Positions 46,335 through 58,700 of a stretch of 59,700 nt of DNA are shown here, in pieces. The notes below the pieces were generated by a model that made no database searches, had not been told where the DNA came from, and worked only from the letters and a program-made list of their open reading frames with translations. Positions within the stretch are counted from its first letter, which is position 1. The number at the start of each line of letters is the position of its first letter. The position numbers and the translations under genes were made by a program. Source of the DNA: Alistipes finegoldii (GTDB lineage: Bacteria > Bacillota > Clostridia > Christensenellales > UBA1242); the NCBI GenBank assembly GCA_963614045.1, contig CAVEBU010000004.1, positions 1-59,700 on the forward strand. Reading direction: 5' to 3'.

Positions 46335-46363
46335 ATTATACTACAAATTGACTCATAAGTCAA
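46335..46363 (-). promoter_or_regulatory. sigma-A type promoter of tRNA-Arg
   Basis: Minus strand: TTGACT (46358-46363), 17-nt spacer, TATAAT (46335-46340). The ~40-nt leader contains a hairpin AGTATTTGGGA.../...TCCCGAATACT. Confidence 0.65.
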
Positions 46364-46730
46364 TAATTTTGCCCAAAAAATTTTTACAAATATTTTAAAT
46401 TATCAAGAAAAACCGCCGAAGTTTGAAAAACTATCCCTCGTTAAGTCGTAAAATTACTTTGCTATTACCTTGCAAGCCCCCTTTTTTACTCAATCGCCAC
46501 CAAACACGTCTAATAATTACCCTGCAAGCGCAATTATTAACTATTGCGACAAAAAAGATTAGCGAATCACTCCCCTAAACGAACAGCGAATTATTTGCCG
46601 TTTCGTCTTAAGATTGACTTGCTAATCTTTTTGCAATAAAGCATAGTTTGTGGTTTTTGCTTGACTTTTGTACGCTATTTGCGTTTAATATAACAAATTT
46701 CAAGCCGTTGCGTCATCAATTTGTCTTATC

Positions 46731-49700
46731 TCAACTTGTACTAGTATAACCTATAAATTTATCGCCAGCATAAGTGCGTTCAGTGTGCTTACTACTAAGG
46801 TCAACACTTAGTGTTTTTGTAACTTTCGGTGTCCTAAAGCATGCTTCAAAGCCCGATCGAACATACAACGTTACGTTATAATTTGCGTAGTTGGAATCGC
46901 CCGCCAGCGTAATCGAAGTCGCCGTACTTATGCTTGAGGTACTATCCGAACTGGTAAATACTTTCTTGGTACATGTGGTTTCGCTCGAATTCTTTTTCCA
47001 TCCGTATTTCCAATTAGCGTTGAGCAAATATCCGTCAGCATTTGTAAATGTAGCACTAAGGTTAGTAACATATACATATTTTGCGGTGTAATATGTTTTT
47101 GCATACACCCTAGTACCTTTAGTATAAGTCTCGCCTGCTTTCAAAACACCGCCTTCAGTCTCGGAATCGGAAGACAAGCTAATCGTCGGCGCATACGAAC
47201 TTGGCACGATGAATTTCGCTTTAGTTTCAACATATGTGCCTGGCGCTAAGAGGTTGTATCCCGAACCGATAGATTCTTGCACTGGATAAATGTAGAACGT
47301 ATTGTATCCCGCTTGGATATACCCTTTGTTGTTCGAAGTTACGCAACCTAGCGTGGTTAGTTGAGTAACTTTTCCGTCGATAGCGTCACCCGCAGAACCC
47401 GTAAGGAAGCAGTCCGCATAACTCTTGTTGAAATTCCAATTGTAGTTAAACACGTAATTCGACCCGCTCGAAGATTGAGTCATAGATTGACGAGATGACA
47501 ACGTGGATGTTGAAGTATTTTCCACCAATCTTTGCGCCAAAGCCACATTCATCTTGGAAATAGTCAAATTGTTACCGATTGAGGCCTTAATTGTCAAATA
47601 CGAATTGCTTTGAGACGATTGTGTTGCCGAAGCGGTAATATCCGTAGCGCCAATTTGCTTGTAGTACTCAAATACAAAGCCGTCTCTTACGCTCGAAGCT
47701 TCAGCATTTTCAAGGTCGTTTAATAAACGAACGCTATAAGTATATTTTCCGCCGATTACCGAACTATTAATAAACACAGTATTAATAAAGTCGTAAATCA
47801 CGTCAGGGTAACAGGTTTTACCTTCGTTTTGTTTTACGTTGAATGTTTTTGTGACGTTCCCTTTACCCAGATTATATGTAAATTCCGCCGAACTTACTGC
47901 AGAGTTGTAATCAGTAGGTGCTTGAGAGGTTATAGCAATATTACTTTTCTTGAAAGCACCAACTGTGCGGGCGGTTTTGTCAACATCCATATTGATTTTT
48001 ATCGCTGAAATATCGTTAAAGATCTTCAATTTTGGACTGTATGTCCTTGTAAAACTATTGAAACCACGAGTAACTTTGGATTCTAGCAAAGTTTCGTCCG
48101 CATTTGCGTAAATGGAAATATTCCAAACGCTTCCCAACAGCCATTGATTCAAGTCTGAATTACTCAAATTCGTCCCGTACTGGTCATTTTTCAAAATTTC
48201 CGCAAGGTTGACGATGTGCCACCCCGCTGCGCTAGGATTTTGCGCACAAACAGAGCCGACTGTATCATAAGAATACACGAAATTCCCTGTGGAATTCTCG
48301 TTTTTCCTAGTCAAAACTACACGATATTCCACAGTCTTGCTAATCGTGTTGAACCTAAATGGAATATAGTTTTGATAGTAGTAATAATATCCGCAATCAG
48401 CGTATAATCTTGCAAAGTATTGCGAATTTTCCTCTAGCGTTGCCTCGCTTGCATTAAACGATGTTTCCACCGTTTCAAGCCTTACATAGAATGCTAAATC
48501 AGTTTCCGCACCATAGTCACTACTTACCCAATAACCCGCCGAATCGGTGTCTACAGGTGCTACAACTTTGACTTTCGCCGAAACAACTCCGCCATGATAA
48601 TCGCTACTTGTTCCGTTAACTAACTTGTACAAAGTTTGATACAAGCAAGCAACTTCGTACGGATAAACATCTCCGCCTTTATCGTAATCGTATCTAGTCG
48701 CATTAGAATTAACTGCTTTTGCAAATTCACGCATAATTGTATTAATGTCTTTTGTCGCAAATTCGCAAGATACTGTTGTGCCGTTGTAGGTAAATTCCAC
48801 AACATAATTCGTGTCTTGTCTATTAGTTAGCCCAACATACTCAAAGCCGAAGTTTGCATCTCCGCTTCCTTGTGCGTTGATTTCTCTATAAGTGCTTCCG
48901 CTAACGTACAAGTAAGGGTTAAGCGCCATACCAGAGTAATTGCCACTGCCTAATACGTTTGTAATCGTGTTGTTGGAAGTTCTTTGAGTACTATCCGCAC
49001 TAATCAACTGATCAGATTCAGCATTGTCAAACATAAATGTAACTTTGGGCGCAGAATATTGTTTCCTTATGCCCAAACTTACTTGTTCACTTGCTTCACT
49101 TGTGGCAAAATTGTATGAAGGGTTGCTATAGTCAAGCTCGCCCGTTGTCGTTTCGCTCGCAGTTGCCTCGTCCATAACAGCGGTAACAGTGAAATATACC
49201 TTATTTGGAAGTTGGCTATCAAGCCAATTATACAACGCAACCGCATTAGTAGCAGTGCAGTATTTATTCAAAATTACATAACTCTTGTCGCCGTCATTTT
49301 GAATTGGCAAAATCACGCTTTGCTCTTGCGAAAGTTTGCTCAAATCAGTGTAATCAATTATGCCGTTAGCGAAGTTGCTGTATTCAAAAGTTGATACACC
49401 GAGCCTAATATACTTGTTTTTACAAATCGCCTCGTTCGTGCTAGAGACGCTGTTTAAATAGAACTTGTATGTATACTCGCCGTTAGAATTTGCAGTAATG
49501 TAGCCCGAAATTACTCCGCTATTAGAATTTGTGTAGTCAATCACGCAATTCCCGTTTTCGCTATACAAATCACTTGCGCCGTCGTTGTTGTAAATTTCGA
49601 TTTTTTCAATACTAGGTTGCTTAAAGCGAACTGTGTGCTTAAACGTAAAGTAATAACTTGGGTTTAAGCAGTTAAAGTCTGCTAGCGCAATATTCTGCAC

Positions 49701-52700
49701 AACACCTTGCTCTTTAAGAGCCTCGACATACGCCTCCACTTCGGCATTATCTTGTGTAAGGTATGTTCTCACCCATTTTTCGCCATATAATTCAACATCT
49801 TCTAGCAAGCCATCAGCCGACACAAACGCATTTGCGTTCAAATCGTTGTTGTTTATCCACGATTTAATCTTGCAATAATATGTGACAGGAATGTTTGCGT
49901 TGTAGTTTAGCAATTCGGATAGCGTAAACCCGTAAATTCTAATTGAAGAATTTTCTAGTTCGCCGATTTGCCGTAAAGTTCCGTCAGCGTTACGCAAATA
50001 TTCCAAAGGTTGATTCTTGCCTACGGTGTATTGCGAGTTATCTACCACATATAGCGGTAATTTCTTCCCTTTTGCTGAAGCGTTATCAAGCGTGGTAATG
50101 ATATAGTGTGCAAGGTAAGTTCCGTTCTCCTCCTGCTCCACAGTCCACATATTATTTGAACCTGCGTTTGCGTCTAACGTGTTGTAGACAAACAATTCAA
50201 AACCGTTATTGTAGTTGTTTGTATCTTGCAAACTTGTGATTTCGTAAACTTGCTTGTTCTCAAAATCTTCTTCATCTTCAGTCACATAGTCACAACCATT
50301 TAATAGGTGCACTTCCGTCCCGTAATGTTGCGCAGAAATTGTCTTGTATAGATATTCTTGCGGAATACTCGTTTCGGAACTTAAGTAGTAACTAATATTC
50401 GGGTCGTTTTCCGTCAAAGATTGCGGTGTAAGGTATATAAAGAATTTATACTTGCCGTTAACGTCAAGCCCAAAACTTCCGTTTTCGTCAATATAGCAAG
50501 CCCTACCGTCTAGCGAATTAACTTCGCCGTTCCTAAGCAAATTCCCCATTACAAAGCCATAACTAGATGTTTGATTACGGAGTGCTGTTTCGTTTTGCAA
50601 GAAGAATTGCTTGTCACTTGCACTAGCATAAGCGTTATCACAACTATATGTGCCACTTGCATTTTGCTTGAACGCAAAAATGTTGATTTTATAAGCAAGT
50701 TCGGTGTCCACAATATGCGTGTATTGATTTGGAGTAAGCGCCCAATTTAGCACAAAAGCATATCCCGAATCAACTTGCGTTATTCCCAAGCGATAATCAA
50801 GAATAGGCGTTGGAAGTGCTACATAGTGGCAAATGTCGCTATTTAGGTATAGTGTATCACTCGAAGCCCCGTTTTCGTCCTCACAAATCATATACTCAAG
50901 TGCGTACACACCAGCATAATTCAAGCCGTCAAAGAAGTCGTGAATATCAATGCGAACGTTATAGTAGTCCTCCACTCCGTCAAGACGATAAATCCAACAG
51001 TTTCCGTCCTCGCTTTGAATGTAATTCTTACTGCTTGTTAGCAAATCAGCAAGACTCGGCAAACTATATGTGAATTCGTAAATTCTATCCGTCACATAAC
51101 TCGTGCCGTCCCTTAATTTTACACTAACCATAACTTTCTTTGGCATATGCAAAGTGCCGTTAAAGTCCCTAATTGCGTACACGTTAAAACTCAAAATCGC
51201 TTCTTTGTGCTTTGCGTTAGCCCAATTTCTATCGTCCTGCCCATTTACTGTCACAGTCGTGGTGTCTTGTGACTTGGTGGTTAAATACTCGCCGTAAAGC
51301 GAGGTTTTTGCCTCATCAACGACTTCCCAAACGTTCTTAACTTCGTGCGTAACGTACGCAACTGAAGGCTTGAAGTATTGGTGCGCCGTTGCGCTGAATT
51401 CCACCTTGACAAAGTACTCGCCCGCAATAAAGTTTTCCCCGCTTAGCCACTCGCTAGATTTACCCAAACTCTTGATAGCACTAATTAAATCGTAACTAAA
51501 TTTCAGCGAGTCTAAATTATTCAGGTCAACCTCAATTCCACTCAAAACTATGCTAACCGAATCGATATCGCTACCCAAAATCGTATCAAAATTAGCGTTT
51601 TCGTCCAAAGTTATAGCAGTATCCTTGCTAACACGCAACAAACTAATAGTGAATTTCGCATTTGAGTCGTTCGCTAGCAATTCGGTTGCCACTTTTCCCA
51701 AAATATCCTCGTTTGCCGTAATGCTATAGTCAAGCTCGCTCTTCGCTGTCCACGAAGCAGAGATTTCTGGCATTTGCTTGAATTTGTCAAACCCGACAAA
51801 CTCCGCAAGTGCAGGCTCGCTGTCAAGATAGTATTCGCTTTTCAAAACCCTACTAACGCTAACTTCGTTTCTGTCCTCGCCACCCGCAACCAAATATTTT
51901 GTAAGGTCAATTTGGCGGGCTGTGGTTGGGTCAAGAGTTATAACATTTAATAGCGATTTGTCGGACGCTTTGTAAGTTTTTATCACTACCCTAAAAGTAG
52001 GTTGAGTCGTTTGAGTGGTGTACTTGTATCCCAAGGCGTCGTCGTATTGCCACGAAAGTATGCCGTTTGTATTAATTTTTGCATCATAAGGCGCAACAGG
52101 GAATTTTATATCCTTGTAAATAAACTTGTTGCCATAATTTTTGTTTGCTGGGTCAAAAATTCTATCCTTAGCCACATTTCCGTCTTTATCAAGAGCAGTT
52201 GCGGTGATTTGATAGTAATATTCGCCCGCAAGGTAATAACTCTCACTCGCTCTTGTTGTGGTGTCAAAGAAGAATTTTGTCATATCAAAGTACATACAGC
52301 CGTCACTTGTCACAAGCATAAACAAATTATCGTCGTTTTGAGTCAACGAGTAAACAGTTTTCCCGTCCACAATTTCAAGCTTGAGTCGAACGGTTTTGGT
52401 AACTTCCTTGCCTTGTGTATCTTTTAGCAAAACGGAATATTGCGCCGTCATATCGTACGCATTTGTAGGCAAAGTCCACATAAGTGAGCCATTAATCTTG
52501 TAGGCGGTGTTTTTATCCATATTTGCGCTGGTGATTTCAGTCACAACGCAAGTTCCAGCCCCGCCACTGCTAGCGAATTCTGGCATTGCGGTCGTGAACA
52601 CAAAGGACGCCGTTTCGACGCTGTTACTACTTAAGTAATAATCCGTGTTGTCCGCTCCGTCCGAAGCAGTTTGGCGAATCACAAACCAAACTTCGTGCGG

Positions 52701-55700
52701 TCCAATTGTGCTAATTAAATCGTACATGGCAATGCCCAAGTTCGCTTCAGTTTCGTCCGTACTTAAATTCGCAAACGTGCCGAATTTCGTGGCTGTTTTG
52801 GTAGTTGCTGTTTCGTAGTAGTCGTAGTACATAACGTCAACTGAATACTTCTTGTCACTACTTGCGTTGCCAAAAGTTACGTTAATTTTGTTGATATTGT
52901 GGTTTGCTTTGTCGCTGTAACCCAATTCCACACGAGGATCGCTAGGTGTTGCGAATTTCTGATAAAGTTCAAGGTCAAAGGTTACCGTAAGTGCTGATTG
53001 AGCCGTCAAGTTATCAAGCCTATAGTAATCGCCATTTTCCGCCACATAGTAGTAGTAATCCAACATTTCATCGTTTGTGTACGGCATAAGCGAAATCGTA
53101 TTTGCTCCCGCCGTCACGAACCTACTAATGTTGAATTGCGTTGCGTTTTTAATGTTCTCAAAATCGACACTTGCAATTCCGTTAGTTTTGCTTATAACCC
53201 CGAAATCCTGCCCGTTGATTTTTACCATAAAACTTGTCGCTCTGTTTTGTTGCGCACCCGCCTCAGTAATGATTAATTGCTTTCTGTTAAAGTCGTACAA
53301 CTGCTCATAAGCTTGTAGATATTGCGCTTTATCCTGTTCGTTTTCACCAAACACGATTTCGCCGTCTTTAATGTTATTGGATCCAAAGAAGCACTCTGGC
53401 GCAACGACAAAAGCGCTAGCCGTTACCTTAATCACGCCAAACATATTTTTGTACGTGCTACCAAATTCTACCACGTCGGAAGCGGAATAATGTTCTTCAT
53501 CTACACCCAAAATCTGAATCGTAACCTTGTATTCGCCCGCCGATAATTCTCTTGTCGGGTCGTAGCCCAGACTTGTTCCGCTTATCAAATCAAGTCCCGC
53601 AAAGGTCAAACTGTATGCGTAATACGTGCTAAGTAGTGTCTGCTTTTCGGTTGCTGTAAATTGATTTTCGCCAACTTTCCCCATATCAACAAGCACACTT
53701 TTCCCCGTCGCTATGCTTACAAAATTGATAGCAAAACGGTTTTTTGCGAGATTTTGCGCATAGTTCCAAGTAAGAGTTGTCGCAAAGTCACCTGTTTTAT
53801 TCCCCGTCGTGCTGATTTTGGTGGTGTTGACCGCAATCGAATCCATTTTAACCGTATGCACGAAGTCTAGCTTGCACTCGCTTGCCCCGTCAGCGTAAAT
53901 TTTCTTAGTCGAATTTGTCGAAGCCTTTACAAAAATCGTGTACTCACCCGCCGAAAGCGAACTAAAGTTAACTGTAAAATTCGTGCTGACCGCCTCAGTG
54001 TTGATACTGTCAGCTGTTCCCTCTAATACGCTTTCCGAACCGCCTTTTTTAACGATTCGCCACTCGTAATCAGTCACGTATGGGATATTTGTGACGGTTG
54101 CTTGGTTGTTTGTTTCATCAATTGTGACAGCCGTTGGTGAAGAAGTAATCACAAGCGGTAAAGTCACATTGCCGTTGCTCGTAAGCCCTTTGTAAGCCAC
54201 AAGCGTCTTGCCGTCAATCGTGCAGACTGCATCGGAAATCGCAATTGTATATTTAGCGTTCTGTCCCTTGTTTGCGACAATCAGCCTTTTAATGTCGTCA
54301 GCATCTATTGTAAATTGCGGATTTGAGCTTGCACTTGCAACAACACTGCCCGCAATACTTACCTCGTAAGTTTGCCCGCCAAACAAGTTGCTGTTGTTGT
54401 TCTGGTGAGTGATTTTGCCGATATATTTGCCGTCTTCGTAGTCAACTACCAAAGTTGCGCCCGTCGTGTTAAGTGAATAGATATAGTAGTCGCCAGCTCT
54501 TCCCGTAAAGGACGCTTGCTCCGTTCCGTTTAAGGTTACTTTTACGCCCGTAATCTCGAAATGCACCAAGTACGCCTGCTTGTCGTAATCATCGGGCAGA
54601 GTAATTGTTGCGTTTGCGTTTTTTGTCGTGCCGTCCGTAGTTTGTGAACTCGTGCTGTCTGCATTTTGTATAGTCACTGTGTAGCTATAAGTCGTTTCGT
54701 AATCGCTTGAGTCGTAAGTACTGTCGCCCGTCCACTTCACGTTAACTTGATTGCCTGTCGATTTCTCAAAAATGAAGTTTTGCGGTGAAGCCACTTGCCC
54801 GATTGTATATACGTAGGTCGTTTCGCTCGCCAAACACAAGTTTGTTGCGTCTTGCGGTTGTGCAGTGATAACAAATGTTAGCACCAAGTTAGACTGAGGA
54901 GATTCGCCCAAAACCGCTTGCAAAATTCCCTTATTTTCGGTCACGCTTGCGTAATTTAGCGTGCATATTTGCCTACTAGCAGACGTCGTGGACGCACCCT
55001 CCATATTGAATTTGTAAGTCGTGCCGTTATACTCGAAACTCAACACTGCGGAGTATTTAATCACGCTTGCATTTTCGTCACTAATTGGGTCGAAAGCGAC
55101 GCTAATGCTCTTTTGCGCTTCGCTATAAACTCTGCTGTATTGGATATTCTTGACATTGTCAACTGAAGTAGCGCAAGTAATTGTCGCCGAATCGTCACTC
55201 CAAAGGCTTGCAACGTAAGTTCCGTTATTTGACGCACGAATTCTAACCTCATACGTGCCACGAACGTTCTTGAGCATATCAGCAGTTATTTTCGCCTCGC
55301 CATCGCTAACAGTCACCGCATCGGCTTGTCTAATTAAACTCCCGTTTTGGTAGAAACCAATATCAATTCGCTTTGCGTTCTCGCCAAGATTGGTGTTGGT
55401 AACTTTAAGTGTAACGCTAGTTTTTGCCGAAACAACCGTTCCGCCCGAAATCTTAAATGATGGCTTAGCAAGTTGCTTTTGATAAGGTAGGCTCGCAGAA
55501 GTTTCACTACTTGCCACAATCAGTTCCCCGTCAGCGTAAATCGATGACTCGCTATATGCTTTTGTGCGGAAGTAGACACGATAAACACTATCCGTCTGCT
55601 CTCTCATCCACGACTTAACCTCTTCACTTAATTGCGTGCTAAGTGTCGTACCGTCCCCCGCTAACTCAAACCAAGCCACACTGCCGTCCACTGAGTAAAA

Positions 55701-58700
55701 TTCGCCACGCAAATTGCTAATGCTCGCCTCGACACTCAATTTCACGTCGCTTTCGTTCCTGCCATTTTGAATAGTCGCAGTCACAGAGTCGCAAGTTAGC
55801 GTAATGGTGTCGGTTTCCAAATCTTGTTTTGCGGAAACGTTCGCAGGTTTGTCAGCAGTGACGATATTAATGTATTCACAAATCGCTTCACCGCTTTCGC
55901 TTACAACCACATTATCATTTAGTCGCACCGCTTTTAAGGTCACCACGAATTTGCCCGCTTGGGTGATATCTAGCGCAACATATTGAAAAATGTCACTGTT
56001 GGAAGTTTTGAGAATTTCCTCTGCTTTCCCGCCGTTCAGTGTCAAAATATACTTATCGGCAAGGCTGTTTTTGAGGATTTTTGCGACAACTTTATTCACA
56101 AGTGTTGTGTCCGTTCCGCCATACTTGACGACCTCAAAAGTCGGGGTCGCTAGCGTCAATACCCATGTATGCGTAACTGCGTTTGCGTCCGTAATATGAG
56201 AGTCGCTGTTGGTTGCTTGCACGCTAAATTTGTACGTCCCCAAACCATACTTGCTAAACAAATTAATCGTGTTCAGCCGAATTACCGCCGTACTGCCGTC
56301 CACGTATTCGTCAAAATTCAAACTAACATCTTGCACCGCTACACCGTTAAAAGTAACTGCAATCGTGTAGCCGTCCGCACCAAACACCGAATTCCACTGC
56401 AAATAAGTTTCGTCGTCCGCATGCCTAAAACTTTCCACGTCCACATCATCTAAATCGATAATGAACTGATAATCGATTTGCGAATTTGCTTCCGCTCCAG
56501 AAATTGCGTAAATTTTCGCCCAAATCGTGTATTCGCCCGCATCAAGAGTTGTTGATTCGTCGCCGTTTATTAGTTTAGTAAGCGAATAAACCAGCTTGCC
56601 GTCCGTCAAGTCACTTTCGCCCGTTTCGTCGTCATAAAGTTCGCTATGAGTGATAGTTCCGCTCTTTAAAGTACGCCCAGCCTTGCTGATTTTGTACTCA
56701 ACTTTTTGCGTAAACTTCAGCGATTTCGAGTCGAATTCGAACGTCAAAACGTCACCTTTCGCCGTAATGGTCGGCGCAGTTATGCAAAAGTCGTTCGTAA
56801 TCTCGTCCGTAACGGCCTTGTATTGCGTGATAAATTCTTGCGTCACTAACTTTTCATCAACGACACTTGCACCCGCATAAATCGTTATGTTCGTCGTCGA
56901 GTATAACGGCAAATCGTCCGTCATATTCGCTAGATAGTACACAACACCGTCGGAAACGGTCATATTTTGAGGGGTTTTGTCGCCAAACTGAATTGCAAAA
57001 TCGGTAACTCTTGAATCGAATTGCGGAATGCTTACCTTGATTTTGTTCGTTTCCCCGCTTATGAGTTCATAAGAAATCTCGACGTCGTCCGCACTTGTTA
57101 TCGTGTAAGTGTACTCATAAGTCGTTGCAACAAACTCGCTCGCTTCGTATTCGTCCGTCATCGCAAGACAGTTAATCTTGAAAGTGTTCTTCCCCAACGT
57201 GAGCGAATTCGTGATATTCAATTTGTTTTCGTTTGCCGTCCAGCTCGTCCCGTTTACCCAAATCCCATATGCTCGAGCGGTAGGAACGGCTGTCCAACGT
57301 GCTTCAACTGAATTGCCGTCGTCAAGTTTAACAAACTCAATCGAATTCACATCCACCGCCGAATGCTTCAAAATATCAATGTATTTATACTCGACTGCGT
57401 TACTGTCGATTACTTGCACATTTTCGCCCGTCGGCGCAAGTGCGATAAGTTTGAAATTGTAGGCTTTCGGCTGAGTCACTTTGCCTAATAACGCTTGGAT
57501 TTGCGTTGTGTCCTCGATTAATTGCCCCGCTTGATACAGGTTAGGCTGAGAGAAATTTAGAGTCGTTGCGTCCAAATCCTCGCCCGTAATCGTAAGGCGG
57601 TAGCCCGTCGCTCCCACTGTGCCATAGAACGAAAATTTAATCGTGCTTGTGCCGTCGTTCAAATTCGCACGCACGCACTTTAACCCCGTTGGCGAATCGA
57701 TTCTTTCCTTGTACAAGAAGAACACTGACTCCGTCTTTTCGGACGAATTGAAGAATTTGCTGTAATTAGTTTTTGGAATCGTCACTACAGAAATCGCATA
57801 CCAGCCTGTCGCCTTATTGTTACGCTTCAGCGCCTCAGTTAAGTTGACGCTAGTACTATTCGCACCCGAAACAGTCACGCCAAAGGCAAAAGCGCTTTCT
57901 TTTCCCTCCGCCGTTGCTTGATAAATCACGCACGAATACCCGTCAATGTAATCATCTAGCCCAACATTTATGCCGTCAAGCACCCAATTCGCCGTAAGGT
58001 TCTCCTCGTCCGAATTTACACTCAAATTTGCGACGCTTTCAAGGGTTGTTTTGACACTGCCCTCCTCGCTCCACTCGGAAAAATCACCATCCGTCACAAA
58101 TTCATGTTCCGCTCTCGCACACGCTTTTATTTGCACCCGAACGAAATCATACGCAAAATCGTTATCTAGCGCCCTGGTGTAGCGGTTGCCGACGTTATTG
58201 TCAATCGTGGCAAAGGTCACGAATTGCCCCGTCGTCCCCTCTCGCCCTTGCAAAACAATTAAGTAATCGCTAGCAAGCGGAATTTCCGCCCAATCCACGT
58301 TTAGCATCGTGCCGACCATAGAAACTTTTATCGAGTCGGCGGAAATCGTGCTTAATTTTTGGGTGATTGAATACGAAATAACGTTGCTTGCAAACTTATT
58401 CGAATCCATTCCCTCCATAGCAATCGCAACACCAACAACATAGACAGTATGCCCGCCCAAGACATTTCGGCTTGCGATATCGTTTAGCGTAAACGTGAAA
58501 TTTTGTTGCCCGCCAATTTCCGTTTTGGAAATCGTCCGCACCGCACTGCCGTCCAAGTAAATCACGTATTCATTTATATACTGGTCAACGTTCCAAGTGA
58601 TTTGCCGAACGTCCGAAAGCAGAGTTTTTGGATTTTCTGCAAAATTCGCACTCAACGTAGGCGCAACAATCTCGCTCGCTTTGGAGTAAGTCTTGCACTC

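Noticed and set aside
45518-46730. Integrated prophage or genomic island at tRNA-Arg
   Set aside because: There is no integrase, excisionase or cargo gene. The whole tRNA-flanking region is about 1.2 kb of non-coding DNA, so only att-like scars and miniature units can be claimed.
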